A DNA stretch of 64,000 bases from Octopus sinensis (taxonomy: Eukaryota): NCBI RefSeq assembly GCF_006345805.1, contig NC_043000.1, positions 108,934,001 to 108,998,000 of the forward strand, in the 5' to 3' direction. The first letter of the stretch is position 1, and each line of letters opens with the position of its first letter. The notes under the pieces were generated by a model. The model was not told where the DNA came from, did not search any database, and saw nothing but the letters and a program-made list of their open reading frames with translations. Both the position numbers and the translations under genes were made by a program. Below are positions 23,385 to 37,849 of the stretch, one piece after another.

Positions 23385-25448
23385 TATGTGCAGATTTGTA
23401 TGTTTTATGTATGTAACCTCATGCATATAGTTGCATATCTAGGCCTGCTCATATATACTTAAATGATGAACTCCCGGAAAGCTTTACAGATTTTTACAGT
23501 TCCAGTGATGGATTGGATCTGTAGTCTTCGAACCAGCTTTCTCCTTTCTGGTTTTGAGAAGCCTAATTTCTCAAGTTAGTATTTAGGGAGTGTGTTACAT
23601 ATTCTAGTGCCCAAATAATTACTGGTATAAATCTGAACTTGTTATCTGGATATGGTAACTGTATATTTCTTAATAGTTCAGTGTAGGTATTTTCTCTTTC
23701 ACTGATCTTCAGCTTTATGTTAACATCCGCTGGGCAGCTGATGTCCACAACTGAACACAGTTTCTCTTCTCTATCCCAAATCACTATGTCAGGCGTTTTT
23801 ACGCTTACATTTTATTGAGGTCTTCACTGGGACATTCCACCAGTACTCTATTTTATTATGAGTGGCTATGGCTTCTGCCATACAGTTCGCTCTTATTTCT
23901 TTGTCCTCGGGGTTATCCTTCCGACTGATTACATTATAGAGTGTCGTAGTTACAACAATGAAGTCACTGATGGAGACGTTGCTAGTCTGGTTTACAGTTT
24001 TCCCTCTTTTCACAATCATAGCAACATTTATCCTGACCAAACTCCAAACCTACATCCTTTAAGAATGTAACCAGGCCAAGGCACGTGCATATTCCTTGAA
24101 TATAGTTTTAAGTCATCCAAAAAGAAACAGTGTGTAATTTTGGTATTTCCTTGTGAACCAGTGAGATATCCTTCAGACTTCCTTTACATGAATGACAAGG
24201 GGTTTACAGAAAGTATAAACAACATCACAGAGAGGCTGTCTCCTTGGAATATGCCTTTGTGATACCGTATTCTATCAGTGATAATACAGTCACTCTTTGT
24301 GTTTAATTTCAAGATGGTGACCTGCGATGAATTCAGGTCAACTATGGCTTTGACTATGCTCACTGGAATTTTAGCAAGTTGAAAGGTTTCTAGCATCCAT
24401 GACTGGTGAACAGAGTTAAAGGCTTTCTTGTAGTTTAGCCACATTGAAAATAGGTTCCTCCTATACTCGCGCACCTCTGACATCACATTTTTGTTGATTA
24501 ATAATTGCTCAGCACATCGCCAGACTCCCTTCTTCTCAGCTGCTTGTGCTGCTGTGATAATGTTATCGGTTTCACAATGGTCCTGGAGGGAGAGGTTTAA
24601 ACATGCTGTATATCTCTTATACATTAAGTTATAGCATGCAATTGGCCGGTAGTTGTTTGCCATGTGGGTGATTCTGCATTTGAGGATCAGTTTTGTCTCT
24701 GCCAGAGCTAACCAGTGTGGTATGCTACTGTTCCCAACGAGAGCTTGCTGGTACAGATTGATAAGATATGGTCGGTAGAACGTTAACTTCTCTTCCAGGT
24801 GCTTTTCCATCCTGGAGTTTCTGGCTCACAGTTGCAAGAGTTTCACCATCAATGTCTTCGATGTAATGCAGGAGCAATAATTTCTTCGGATTTCTTCCAG
24901 TTACGAGCATTTCGGTTAAACTCCTCTTCATTCCAGATGTTCCTCTAGAAGGGATCTATGTCTTCTCGTGGAGGAGGTTCCATGATGTTCACTGCTTCTC
25001 CTCTCATGTCTCTGAATACTGCTGGCTGGTTGTGGTTAAATTCTTCTGTTTATTGTTCTTCTCTCGGTTATTCTCTTCTGATTTAGGGTAATCAGCTTGC
25101 AAGTGAGTGTCCTCTTTTTGCTGTCTCCAAACATCCTTTCTATCTCCTTCTTTACTTTCTGTTGGTGGGACGTTTAGTGATTTGCCTGTTTGCATGCAAT
25201 AAGCATCGTTACATGACTGATGGTCTTCCGTAAACCAGTTTTCTTTTTCTCTGTCTTCAAAACCCACGATGGTACTTTCTTCGTTATTTCGGTTTTGTTT
25301 ACTTTTTGAATATCATTACTGTACTGTTTTACAGTAGTAGCCAGCGCATATAGACAGGTGTTAATCTGCCAGAATGTGGGTTCATCACACTGTTGTAAAT
25401 ATTCATCACCAATTTCGTTGACAGCTTTTAATACTGTATCTGCTGGCT
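23385..25448 (-). mobile_element. R4/Dong-clade retrotransposon with RT and RLE, internally deleted
   Basis: KAPG, NYRPIACYNLMYK, WLNYKKAFNSV, GIFQGDSLS.MLFILS.NPLS, HCFFLDDLKLY and GLEFGQDKC, then a jump to the RLE region (PDIVIWDREEKLCSVVDISCPAD). Confidence 0.92.
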
Positions 25449-25489
25449 TTATGTATATATGAATGTATGTATGTGTGTGTGTGTATGTA

Positions 25490-26141
25490 TGCAGATTTGA
25501 ATGTTTTGCTTTATGTATGTATTCTCATGCATATAGTTGCATATCTAGACATGCTCATATATATTTAAATGATAAACTTCTGGAAAGTTTTACAGATTTT
25601 TACAGTTCCAGTAATGGATTGGATCTGTAGTCTTCGAATTAGCTTTCTCCTTTCTGGTTTTGAGAAGCCTAATTTCTCAAGATTAGTATTTAGGTAATGT
25701 GTTACACATCCCAGGGACCCAATAATTAATAAAAATAAAGGTATAAATCTGAACTTGTAGTCTGGATAGAGTAACTGTAGATTTATCAATAGTTAAGTGT
25801 AGTTATACTCTTTTTTACTGATCTTCAGCTTTATGTCAACATCCAGTGGGCAGCTAATGTCCACAGCTGTGCACAGTTTCTCTTCTCTATCCCAAATCAT
25901 TATTTCATGTTTGTTGTGCTTACATTTTATTAAGGTCTTCACTGGAACATTCCACCATTATTCCTTTTTATTAAAAGTGGCTATGGCTTCTACCATATTG
26001 TAGGTTCTTGTTTCTTTGTCCTCGGGGTTATTCTTCCGACGTATTTCATTATAGAGTGTCCTTGCTACAACGTTATGTTTCATCGGTAGATAATGCCATG
26101 ATGACATTTTCGGACATCTGCTTATGAAGTGGGTGATAGCT
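25490..26141 (-). mobile_element. R4/Dong 3' fragment in tandem with the previous copy
   Basis: CPKMSSWHY, EIIIWDREEKLCTAVDISCPLDVDI and LQLLYPDYKFRFIPL; (TATG)n on both sides. Confidence 0.9.
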
Positions 26142-26200
26142 TATGTATGTATGTATGTATGTATGTATGTATGTATGTATGTATGTATGTATGTATGTAT

Positions 26201-26751
26201 GTCAGGTCACTTTCGAGTGCTACTGGTAACATGTACCCAGTACAACCTGTTGCATCGTCGGGTCGTCGGCGACTAAACTGGCAACCTACCAAGCTTGCTT
26301 GGTGAGGAGGGTGTTTATTGGACACCCTGCGGGATGTAAAACAAAACCCGTCAAAGGGCGGAGGAACTCTTGAGAGTCAACGGCCATCCAATAAATGTCT
26401 TAAGGCTGTATCATGCGCAGGGACATAGAAATAATCGGACTGAATATCCGATCGCGCAGTTAAACCATTGGGAGTGAAGGACTCCTAGCCTTTGTTAGGG
26501 CATCCTTCTAGGAGAAGGTAACTCAGTTAACTGGGATAACTCCGACAAAAAACCTGCGGCCCAGTGGTTATCGATCATGTTGACTTGTTCTTCTTTTCGG
26601 ATTATGGCTGCTGTTGCTTAGTGAGTGGGATTGACTCAGTGCACAGCCTTTCCTCACTTAAAAAAAAATCTTCTTGCACAGGCATTGCACGATAACAACA
26701 TTGATTAAGCTTCGTGCAATGGCCATACTCGATAACGAGGGGGAAGCCACC
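26201..26751 (+). mobile_element. About 550-bp non-coding element resembling an RTE 5'UTR, embedded in (TATG)n
   Basis: Contains CTAGGAGAAGGTAACTC, similar to the RTE/BovB 5'UTR GGAGAAGGAAAACTC motif. It starts GTCAGGTCAC like the RTE 5' end at 37275 and has (TATG)n on both sides. Confidence 0.5.
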
Positions 26752-27164
26752 ATGTATGTATGTATGTATGTATGTATGTATGTATGTATGTATGTATGTA
26801 TGTATGTATGTATGTATGTATGTATGTATGTATATCAGTATTTATGTATATACATATATGTAAGCTAACAAGGGAGATCTATATGTGGTAGGTCTATCTG
26901 CAAGAAATAATAGCCAAGTCACCCTCCAAGCGTATCCTATTAGCAACTGTAGTATGTAAATATGTTTGTATCGGTCAGTGTGAGGAACTGAACATCTTGA
27001 GAGGGACAACAAAAATCTCCTTCAAACCACACACATGCCAAATTTTATTGTATTCTCAGAACAGGGTCATACACTCGCAAATGGTCGCTTGTTATATTTA
27101 AGACTGCTTTAAAACAACATTCTCAACACACACGCACTTTCTGTTATAAGTACAAGAGCTGAAG

Positions 27165-27345
27165 TTTTGAGGCAGAGGGCTACTCGATTACATTGGACCC
27201 CTAGTACACGACTGGCGCTTATTTCGCCAACCTCGAAAGGATAAAGAGTAAAGTCGGCCTCAACGTAATTTGAAAACGAAACGTGAAGTCTGAAAAAATT
27301 CCAGTAAGCATGTTGCTTTGGCTTGCAAAGCATTTTGCCAGCAAT
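27165..27345 (-). mobile_element. Family A SINE (degraded)
   Basis: CTCGATTACATTGGACCCC..GAAAGGATAAAGAGTAAAGTCGGCCTC.. Confidence 0.75.
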
Positions 27346-27373
27346 CCATTTCTCTCTCTCTTTCTTACACACA

Positions 27374-27440
<67 letters not shown>

Positions 27441-27701
27441 ACACACACACACTATGCACACTTATGTATTTATTTTAGTATATGAGTGCATATGTACGCT
27501 ATTGCAAAAGCATATTAATAGTATTTGCATATATAGACGCATACATACGCGGGCGCGCGCGCGTGTATTTTAGTAGAGGAATGTATATTAAATAGTGTGT
27601 TCATTTACCTACATACATGCACACGTATATTTGTGTGGTTGTATATGTAAGCACAGTTATGTATTCGTTTGTATTTAGACACATATGCATTATACACGCG
27701 C

Positions 27702-27788
<87 letters not shown>

Positions 27789-28289
27789 CCCTCTCTCCTT
27801 TCACGAATTATATCCTCACACACACACACACAATAAGCACGAGAAACATGATAAGATAACGAACTATAAAAGAAATGTTAAAAGGGAAACCATGGTCAAA
27901 ATTAATTACCACAATCAGATGCTTCCGTAATAAAACAGATAAAATGGAGATGTTTTTTTATATGAGATGCGCTAAATAAAGAAGTCGACATTTTAATGGG
28001 CGTCATAAATGATGACATGTCATCACTTACGTAAAGAATTATAATACTAAAACAAAGAACTAGATAAATACTAAAGAATAAACAACCAAACTGTTTATTT
28101 TGGGGGTATTAATAGTTTTGTTGTTGTTGTTGTTGTTGGGTGGGTGGGTGGAAGTTAATTAAGGGCAACGTTGTGTGATGTTGGCCGAAACATTCTTAAA
28201 CTAAAAACTATTTCACAGGATTTCCAGTTTGTTCCTAAAGATGTATCCTTCGGTTTGGGGATCTTCTGCATCTCGTAGCGTTTGTGTCC

Positions 28290-28490
28290 CTCGAAATCGC
28301 CATCTTTTATCTTTAACCTTTTACTTCTTTCAGTCATTGGATTGCGGCCATGCCGGGGCACCGCCTTGAAGAATTTTTAGTCGAACAAATCGACTCCAGT
28401 TATTTTAAGTCTGCTTTCTTATTCTATTCTTATTCTATCTAAACAAACCAACACCGGTTGTCAAGTGACGGCGAATGGCAAACACACACA
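28290..28490 (-). mobile_element. Family B SINE, 3' part
   Basis: TTTTACTT..TCAGTCATTGGATTGCGGCCATGCCGGGGCACCGCCTTGAAG..CCGGTTGTCAAG. Confidence 0.8.
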
Positions 28491-29029
28491 CACACACACT
28501 CACACACACACATTCTGTTTTGTCTTTGTGCATGCAAACCCATTACCAAATTCATGTGCACTTTCTCTCGTTTATATGATTGTGAGAATTTTGTGGGGTT
28601 TGTTTCGTATTGATATGTTTAGCTTCGCATGTGTGTGTATATGTATGTGAATGTGTATATAATGTCACACACAATATTCTTTTGTTTTTCTTTTTTTCTC
28701 TCTCTTTGTTTCTTTCTTATTTCTCCATGTATTTTCTTGTCGAACGACATAACGAGCAAACTTTTGAATTTTTGGAGTTATCCACACGATATTATTAGAA
28801 TTCGTTCTAGAATATTCCATACTTGTTTGTTTATCAACAGCTATATAAACACGCAGACCTTCAACCTGTAACTAATTTGATAAGTGTCCACACACGAAAC
28901 TCGCGGATCTTGAGTCACTCTGTTGCTTCTACTAAATATTAATAAAAATATACGGGGCTAATGCAGTTTCGCATCTCTCCTTGAAAAATGTATTCTTTTG
29001 AAAAGCTTTTTTTCTTCAGATTCCTGTTT

Positions 29030-29830
29030 TATATTTCGGAGATTACGAATATGCAAAAATAAAAAAAAAGACCCCACAACCACCTACTCCCGTTTAAAAT
29101 TTTGAACTTTTTCGAAATTTTTTCCCTATGTTTTAGATGACGGAGATTCCGAATATGCAAGAAACCATGTTTTGAAACTTTTAAATTCAATAAGCATATA
29201 GATAGGTGTATAAAGATAGATAGGAATGTCGTCCTGGGGCTAAAAATAACAATAACACCGTCTTCTATAGGACCGCCACATTTAGTTGACAGATATATTT
29301 TATGAATAAACGGATAGGGATAAATAGACAAGAAAAAGTTCAAAATTTAAAATTGGGGAGGGGTGAAATTTGAGCCCCTTATTAAACTTCATAACATTAA
29401 TTATTAAATATTAATGTTTGTTTTTCATAAAATGGCTCACATGGGGATGTGGTGTATATTTAATTTATATGACATTATTATTTACGATTATTTAAGGTAA
29501 ACACAAGTAAAATTTCGATTTGCACATGTTCGTCAATTCGCTACGATCTCTTTAAAGTACACAAAATAAAAAAAATTTAAGGTGGGGGCGAAGAGGTGGG
29601 GGTGAAATTAATTTTTTTTGTGCTTATTCGTATTCTCCGACATCTAGAACGTAGGAATCCGAAAATTTTTTTTTCCAAAAATTGCGTTTTTCAAGGAGAG
29701 GTGCGAAACTGCATTAGCCCCAAATATACATATATTTTGAGTTCTGTTTTCCCTCTTTGCACCAACATACTTACGTACACACACACACACACACATACAC
29801 ACACGATAAGCTTTAAAAATATTTAAATGT
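29030..29830. mobile_element. Probable non-coding DNA-transposon relic with subterminal repeats
   Basis: Repeated GGGGG..GGTGAAATT and TTCCGAAT/GAATCCGAAAATTT motifs typical of long MITE interiors; ends not resolved. Confidence 0.3.
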
Positions 29831-29834
29831 GAAA

Positions 29835-30540
29835 AGTCTCCTTTTATATTCTGTGGAATCTTTTTCATCGTTTACGGAGAAGTAACCGAACCAACGCCGG
29901 TTGTCAAGTGGTGGTAGTGGGTCAGACACAGACACAAAGACACACATACACATACATACAAACACATACATGACGGGCTTCAACACAGTTTCCATCTACC
30001 AAATTCACTCATGTTATTGTTTGGCCCGCGGTCAATAGTAGATGACATTCGCCCAAAGTGTCGCTCGGTGGGACTGAACCCGAAACCGCATGGTTGCAAA
30101 GCAATCTTCTTAATCCCTTAGCCATACATTTTACTTGTTTCAGTCATAAGATTGCGGCCATGCTGGGGCACCGCCTTCAAGTACTTTTAATGAAATGAAT
30201 CAACTCCAGTATATTTTTTTAAAGCTTGGTACTTATTCTGTCGGTCCACTTTTGCTGAACTGCAAAGATACGGGGTCGTAAACACACCAATCCCGGTTGT
30301 CAAACGATTGTAGGGAACAAACATAGACACAAATACAAACATACATACATATATACACATATATATGTGTATATACGACGGATTTCTTCCACTTTCCATC
30401 TACCAAATCCACCCAAAATGCTTTGGTTGTCTTGAGACTATAATAGAAAACATTTGGCCCAAAGTGGCTCGGAGTGGGACCGAACCTGAAACCATGTTGT
30501 TGGGAATCAAACTTCTTACCATACAATCATGCCTGCGTCT
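29835..30540 (-). mobile_element. Two adjacent family B SINEs (about 29835-30128 and 30130-30540)
   Basis: Both show the head (GGGACTGAACC..AAACCATG..TTACCA) and core; the second also has the 3' tail. Confidence 0.85.
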
Positions 30541-31849
30541 TTACATTTTTCTTATAAGCCTTTGTTAAATAGAATATTCAGAAAAATTGCCCTAAAAAAC
30601 TGATAATGGTCGGAGGTTTCAAGCTTTGATACCCGTTTGATCTTCGATTAAAGCATTTCACTCTGTTTTCGTAGAATCGATCTTCGTAGAATCGATTTAC
30701 AACAACACAGGAAAGGCAAGGTGTTTATATTTTCAAATGTATAAATACATTTTCCTTTCTATTTCTGTTTGGAGGAGTGTAAAAGAGAAAAAAGAAATAA
30801 AACACACTTTTAAGTCTTTTACATAGAAGTGTACGCTCACATGTGGTACTGGTGTGTGTGTATATGTATAAAAACAGAGAGAGAGAGAGAGAGAGAGATG
30901 CACATGTATGTGTGTGTGTATATATATATACACATACCCATATGTTTATGCATGTATATTTGTTTGTTTCCGTACGTAAGCGTCAATAGACAATACGTGT
31001 ACATGTAACTTTTACGAGAATGCGCGCAACCTAGTGGTATGTGATGAAAATACTACGGCATTGCATTACATAAGGAGGCTAGAAATTTATTAGAAAAAGA
31101 TTAGTGGTGCATATTTTAATATCATTTCACTCAAGAGTCTATAAAGACGTCTTCTCTTCAAACATGTTTTTTTTTTCTTTCTTTCTATATTTATTTATTT
31201 CGTTTCTTCGTTACTGTTTTTCTTTTGTTTTTATTTACTTCTAAATACAATACACTAAGAAGAGAAACTGAAATACACTCTCGTTGCTGGAAATCATTTG
31301 CAAAGTGGTATCTATGTGTGTATGAATGTGTGCGTGTGTGTTAATGTATTTATAAAGACGTAGCCCCTAACAAATGCGAAATATTTTCGCTAAAAATGTA
31401 TATAGCTGCATGTACAATTAAATGTAAGGATGCACATACGAGTCTGTATACGTATTTGTGTATACGTGTATATTTGTATATATATATAATAAATATCTGA
31501 ACGAGGTATAAACAGTAGCTGCACGACAATGTGAAGTATATTTACCACTTAAATGTGGCTAACCACTAAGGGTGGATGCTACTGTAGCTTGTAGCCCCAA
31601 GAGAACATCATCTCCAGCTGGCTATTGACACACTTTCTGTGCCCTATCATTATTTGCAAAGGGAAGCCATCCTTCCCATCGTCGACCTGACGTGATACGC
31701 ACAAACCCGGGTTTCTGCATATTTACCCGTCGTTAGCGCACGACAATCACCAGTCATCGATGCGAAGGGGTCCCAATGCAAATACATATATCCTTTTTAT
31801 CATGCTAGATAAATCAAAGGATGGGGGCCAGAGTAATATGAATCACCTC

Positions 31850-32100
31850 CTCCTTGAGGTTAAATCGGGTTTGAAGAGGGCCAACAATCCGACCGAATAA
31901 AAAATCAAAGTTACAGAAGCATCAATGACAATTCTAAAACCAGCAAAACCTGGAAGGGGAAGGCCTTCTCTTAGCGAAACAGACGACACGATGCAGCAAA
32001 AGCTGATGGGAAAATTGAAAAACAGGGATCCGACTGGAGAGAAGTAGAAAAGACAGCCCAGAGTTGAAAACTGGAGAATAGTTATCAATGTAATTTCCGG
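31850..32100 (+). mobile_element. RTE-type LINE 3' relic
   Basis: KPGRGRPS...DWREVEKTAQSXKLE, similar to the RTE C-terminal RGRP..W..AQ.R..WR motif. Confidence 0.5.
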
Positions 32101-32589
32101 ACCAAGAATTGAACTTACAACTTTATGATCGAGAACCCAAATGCCTAATCAACCACACCAAACGTCTCATCTTTAATTATTTCAATTGAGAGACAGTTGG
32201 ACTGGAAGTGTATTTATTCATACTGTTTGGTATATCAGGAGTTTGCATTCAACTCTTGCAAAGTTAATTTTCCTGTCCTCTCCTGCAGGTGAAGACGATA
32301 GATATTTGTAATATTCAGGAGTACAACCGATATTAGACAACACAGTATTACAACAGAAACGCATTGCGTAACTTGGCAAACACATTTAATAGTGTTTCAT
32401 AATTGTTCTTTACTGGCTGCTTTCCACGTTAGAGGTTCTTAACTCTCAATGACTCACACCACTTAACTATAATTAGGTATCATTCGGAGGTGTAAGTATT
32501 CGCTGCAAATAGCGACTGTGTGGTATAATTTACGAGTGTTTCTTTAGTTTGACAGACAAATATCTTCAACTGAAATCAAAGGACCTAAA

Positions 32590-32760
32590 CTAAGGCGGCG
32601 AGCTGGCAGGATCGTTCATACGACGTCGGATAAAATGCCTCTACGCATTTCGTCCCCCGCATTTTACGTTCTCAGTTCAAATCCAGCACATGCCAACTAT
32701 GCCTTTAATCCCTTTGTGGTCGAAGAAATAAAAGAACAGTCGAGTGCTGGGATCGATGTA
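32590..32760 (+). mobile_element. Family A SINE
   Basis: TAAGGCGGCGAGCTGGCAGGATCGTT..CAGTTCAAATCC..GCCTTTAATCCCTTTGTGGTCGA. Confidence 0.8.
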
Positions 32761-33568
32761 AGCGTTTTGTCTAGCACATTAACGATTCTGCCAGCGCATC
32801 CCTTTCAAAAGAGTAATAACCAGTTTCACTTCTTTTTTGGGTATTGGTATTTTCAAAGTATTTTCAAAGTGTCTGTGTCTTTCCAGAAGTTTTGGTGCGC
32901 GATTAGGAAGTGTTGTAATTCCAGTCTGATATACACATTGTTATGGCCCTCAGTAAGGGGTTCGATTACGTCGAAACATGATAAAGGAAAAAAAAAAAAC
33001 TGCTAAAATATTTTCAAAAAACTACGAAGAAATAACAGTGAGAGAAGATAAAAAGAGAGATGAGCATGCGCAAAGAGAAACCTTCCCTGTCTGGAAAGGA
33101 AGCAGCGAGGATGTCAGCTGGAAAATATAGCCAACCATTGATTTCAATTGTGATATTAAACTGAACCATTTAATTCTATTTCCTTTGAAACAAGAATGAT
33201 TCATCTGACATCTTTCTACATAGTTTTCAGTCAAGAAATTCCACTCCCAATGGTTTTGTCGTCTGGGAGATATGGTAGAAAATACTTGCCGAAGATGTCA
33301 CGGAGATGGACTGAACTTGAAACCACAACAGAAAAGTGAAATTCTTAATTTCACAGATAAAATTAATAAGCAAATCTGTTAAGAATGTTAATGTAGGTTC
33401 CTTGCACTTTTATCATCTCATTTAAACACAGACATAATCCAGGGGTGGATTATATTGAATAAACCATTAAAGTTAGCCACTTAAGCATCGCTCGGAGATT
33501 ATCCAATTACGTGCTGGATAACCATTGATATTAGGTTAATTCCTCGACTGCTGGCACTGCGATGTACA

Positions 33569-33645
<77 letters not shown>

Positions 33646-34053
33646 ACAGTCAATGTTCAACACCACTGAAAAGGTTTACACACACGCACACATATGTATA
33701 CAAATTGACACTTAAATATACACACGTTATATCAATACAAATTCATACACCCGCATATGTATACATTTTGTTTGCGTGTGTGTATGCTTGTGTATGCGTG
33801 TGTCTATGTGTGTGTTTGTCTATTCGTACATTTATACACATCTATCTATATGTACATGCGCGTGTATGTGTGTGTGTGTGTGTGTACATATATATACATC
33901 TATCTATGTATGTATGTATCTATCTATCTATCCTTTTCTTTCTCTCTAAGTATATTATGTATGCATGTATGTATCTACACACACATACATACATACATAC
34001 ATACATACATACATACATACATACATACATACATACATACATACATACATACA

Positions 34054-35345
34054 TTTGCAATACCAGTGCTGATCCCAACATTTGGTAGACTCGATTGGTC
34101 TGTAGAGGAAATCCACTCCATAGAGATATCAAAACCTGCAAAACCCTGACAACAACCGGGAACTTCCACAGAAACAGTGATGTTGATAGGCTCTACCTTA
34201 GAAGAAGTGAAGGTGGTAGAGGCTTGAGGTCAGTGCAGACGGCCTTCGAATTCCGTATGGTATCACCCAGGCAGCACCTGCTGAACAACAGCAGCAAAAA
34301 ATAAATATATAAATGCAGTCCTGGAAAGCGACATTATACGAGTTGTCAGTGAGCTCCTCAAGAAACACTCTCTCCCTGATGATCTCCTATACAGCCCCAA
34401 AACAGCTGGGCTCTCTTACCTCAGAGACGACCTGGATGGAAAGCACTCAGCACACAAAAAGACTATGAATGGGTGTGTTGCCCGGAAGCTTGAAGAAGAC
34501 AGTAGAATTGACACGAAGCGCTGCCTCCCTTGGACACAACTACATCACATCACACTTTGAAGGCTATGCGTTTGAAATCCAGGAACAGGAGATTGCCACA
34601 AAGTACCTTGTGAACAAGAGAAACAGTGACGCTCTTGTAATCCCAATGTGCAACCGCATGTGTAGGCTATGTCATGTTTCTGTGGAAGACATCACGCATG
34701 TGATTAGCAGCTGTCCTAAAATGTCGACACAGTACTACACAACTATGCAGCATGATGTTGTCGCTTAAACATTTATAATGCCATCCACAAAAAAGACTGT
34801 CCTAAAATAAACTTAGAAAACCCCTCTATTATGGAATACATTCATAAACACCAACTCAAGGAATACTAATGGAATATTCCCATCAAAACTTCTGTCAAAT
34901 GTAAACATAACAGACCGGATATTATTGTTTGGGACAGAGGGGCAAAGGTATGTACTGTCAAAGTGATCAGCTGGCCTGAAAATATAAATATCTCTTTGAA
35001 AATCAAAGAAAAAGAGGATATTTATGGACAACTGCTTCGAAATCTCCAGCTACTATATCCAGAATATCAATTCATATTCATACCAAGAATAATTGGAGCA
35101 CTAGGTTTTGTTAGTAAATGCTTAAAGGAGAGTCTGGAGAAACTGGGATTTTCAGAAAGAGATATCGACCGGCTGGTTGGTACAAGTCCAATCTGTAAGT
35201 GGAACAGTAAAAATATCCAAGACTTCTCTCAAGTTCCAAATATGAATTTGTCTGTGTTAACTACACTCCAAAAATGCAGCCTTGTTATCTTTATTAGAAA
35301 CCAGCTCCCTCCTCAGTGGAAGATTTATGAAAAAATAGAAGAGAC
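34054..35345 (+). mobile_element. R4/Dong 3' third (thumb, CCHC knuckle, RLE), 5'-truncated at (CATA)n
   Basis: TFAIPVLIPTFGRLDW, DVDRLYLRRSEGGRGL, FEIQEQEIATKY, CRLCHVSVEDITHVISSCPKM..HDVVA, KHNRPDIIVWD and NLQLLYPEYQFIFIP..IGALG. Confidence 0.93.
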
Positions 35346-35513
35346 ACACACACATAATACATACATACATAATACATAATACATACAGACATACATACAT
35401 ACAGTTGTCAAATAATTGTGTTGATATTATAGCAATGAAGCGAAACATTATTAACGCACCATGAATTAAACACACACACACATACACACACGTATATATA
35501 TATATATGTGTGT

Positions 35514-35586
<73 letters not shown>

Positions 35587-36046
35587 CGTGCGTGCGTGTG
35601 TGTGTATGTACATATACACTCGCATATGTTTGTATTATCACAGAATAAACTTTGGCAACCCTGGATTGAACTAGTGCCTAATTTGTATAAAAGTGGTCGA
35701 TCCTATAAGCAATATCATGAAATTAAAGCGAATAAAGTGTTTAGACGTATGTTCAATTCCAAACAGACTCATTTCATAGATTCAACACACACTCGCATAC
35801 ATATCTATGTATATAACTCTTCCGCAGACAGATACAGATTTCAATTCAAATTATTTTGAAGTGCACAGGAAAACAAACCTGAGGCGTTAAAACAATTTAG
35901 ATGTAAGAACCAAAGTGTGGCAAATCAGGTTCACACAGACATTGATATGTTTTCATCCCTAGACCCAACATGCATGAATTTCTCCGAAATATATTCAATA
36001 TTTCAAACATATCAAATATATATATATATATAATATATATATATAT

Positions 36047-36078
<32 letters not shown>

Positions 36079-36384
36079 ATATATATATACAAAATAAGGA
36101 AATGGAGAAACACATCTTAATCAATGATCAACTGCCAGATAATACCAATCACGTAATTTATTAAACCACTACATATGAACATTAAGGTCAAACATAATAA
36201 TATAGAACAAAACAATGTACATCAATGAGTAATAAGATACAATAAGTACAATATGTATAAATAAATATAAATAAATAAATATAAATAAATAAATAAATAA
36301 ATATTAACTTAGTTAGGTGCTTTACTAGCAGTATATTGGATACATGTTATCCCATGGTGGATTGCACTCACAACCCCTATCTCA

Positions 36385-36428
<44 letters not shown>

Positions 36429-36789
36429 AGACATATACATAAAAAATATATTGAAAAAATAAATACATATATTGGTCGACTTACAGATTATAATGTGTGT
36501 GTGTGTGTGTGGGGGGGGGTGAATAAGAAGAAAGGAAGAAGCAGTTATGTACTACATATGTTTCATAGCTAAGGACTTTCCATTATGTAATATTAAACCC
36601 GTTACAGAATTTTACCATGCATCTTATCGTCGGCTCTAACTAGTCTGTCTTACAAAATCATTATTTGTCATTGTGAGTCATCGGGGAAAATCAATATATG
36701 CTTATATACATACATGCATACATATATACATATGTATGTATGCATGCATGTATGTATGTATGTATGTATGTTTTATGTATGCATGTATG

Positions 36790-37244
36790 TATGCTTTATG
36801 TATGTATTCCCATGCATATAGTTACATATCTAAACACATTCAGATATATTTAAATGATAAACTTCTGGAAAGTTTTACAGATTTTCAAAGTTCCAGTGAT
36901 GGATTGGATCTGTAGACATCGAATGGGCTTTCTCCTTTCTGGTTTTGAGAAACCTAATTTCTCAAGATTGGTATTTGGGTAGTGTGTTACATATCCCAGG
37001 GCCCCAATAATTACCGGTATAAACCTGAACTTGTAATCTGGATAGAGTAACTACAGATTTCTCAATAGTTCAGCATAGGTGTTCTCTTTTTCGCTGATCT
37101 TCAGCTTTATGTTAAAATCCGTTGGGCATCTAATTTCCACGACTGTGGACATTTACTCTTCCCTATCCCAAATCATTATATCAGGGCTGTTGTGGTTACA
37201 TTTTATTGAGGTCTTCACTGGGACATTCAACCAGTATTCCTTTT
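36790..37244 (-). mobile_element. R4/Dong RLE 3' fragment
   Basis: Homologous to 25490-25960; TATG tracts at both junctions. Confidence 0.9.
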
Positions 37245-37274
37245 TATGTATGTATGTATATATATGTATGTAGG

Positions 37275-37848
37275 GTCAGGTCACTTATAAGGCTCTCATG
37301 TCCTATTTTATATCTAGCGATAGGATTCGGTCGGTGCATGGGTGTCGGAGCAGCCCCATTTGAAGAGAGCACTGTTCACCCGGAGGTTCTAGAAAAGGTG
37401 GACCAAAAATTGCCTGTCTTTCTATATCTGGTCAGCTTAGCGCAACTGACGGATGTCCACCCAGCACATGAAAAACAAAGAAACTCTTTTTTTATAAAAT
37501 CTGGATGGAATTTGAACATTTCATGTTGGAATTTGCGCACTCTGCTGGGAAACAAAAGAGGCATTGTAGGCCTGAAAGATGTACTGCACTTGTTGCTCGC
37601 GAGCTGAACCGTTATAACATTGATATAGCTGCACTTTCAGAGACTCACACAGAAGGTGATGGTCAGCTTGAGGAAGTAGGAGATGGATACACCTGTTTTT
37701 GGAAGGTGAGGCTGAAGGAGGACAGCAGAGAGGTTTGTGTTGGCATTGCAGTTCGATGTGATATCCTTAAGAAGATGGAGGAGCTTCCTGTTCCTATAAA
37801 TGGACATCTAATGACTCTACGATTACACCTGAATCAGCAAGTAACCTC
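37275..37848 (+). mobile_element. RTE LINE 5' end with start of the APE endonuclease
   Basis: SCWNLRTLL, RPERCTALVARELNRYNIDIAALSET..EGDGQLEEVGDGYTCFWK and VGIAVR..LMTLRLHL. Confidence 0.88.
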
Positions 37849-37849
37849 T

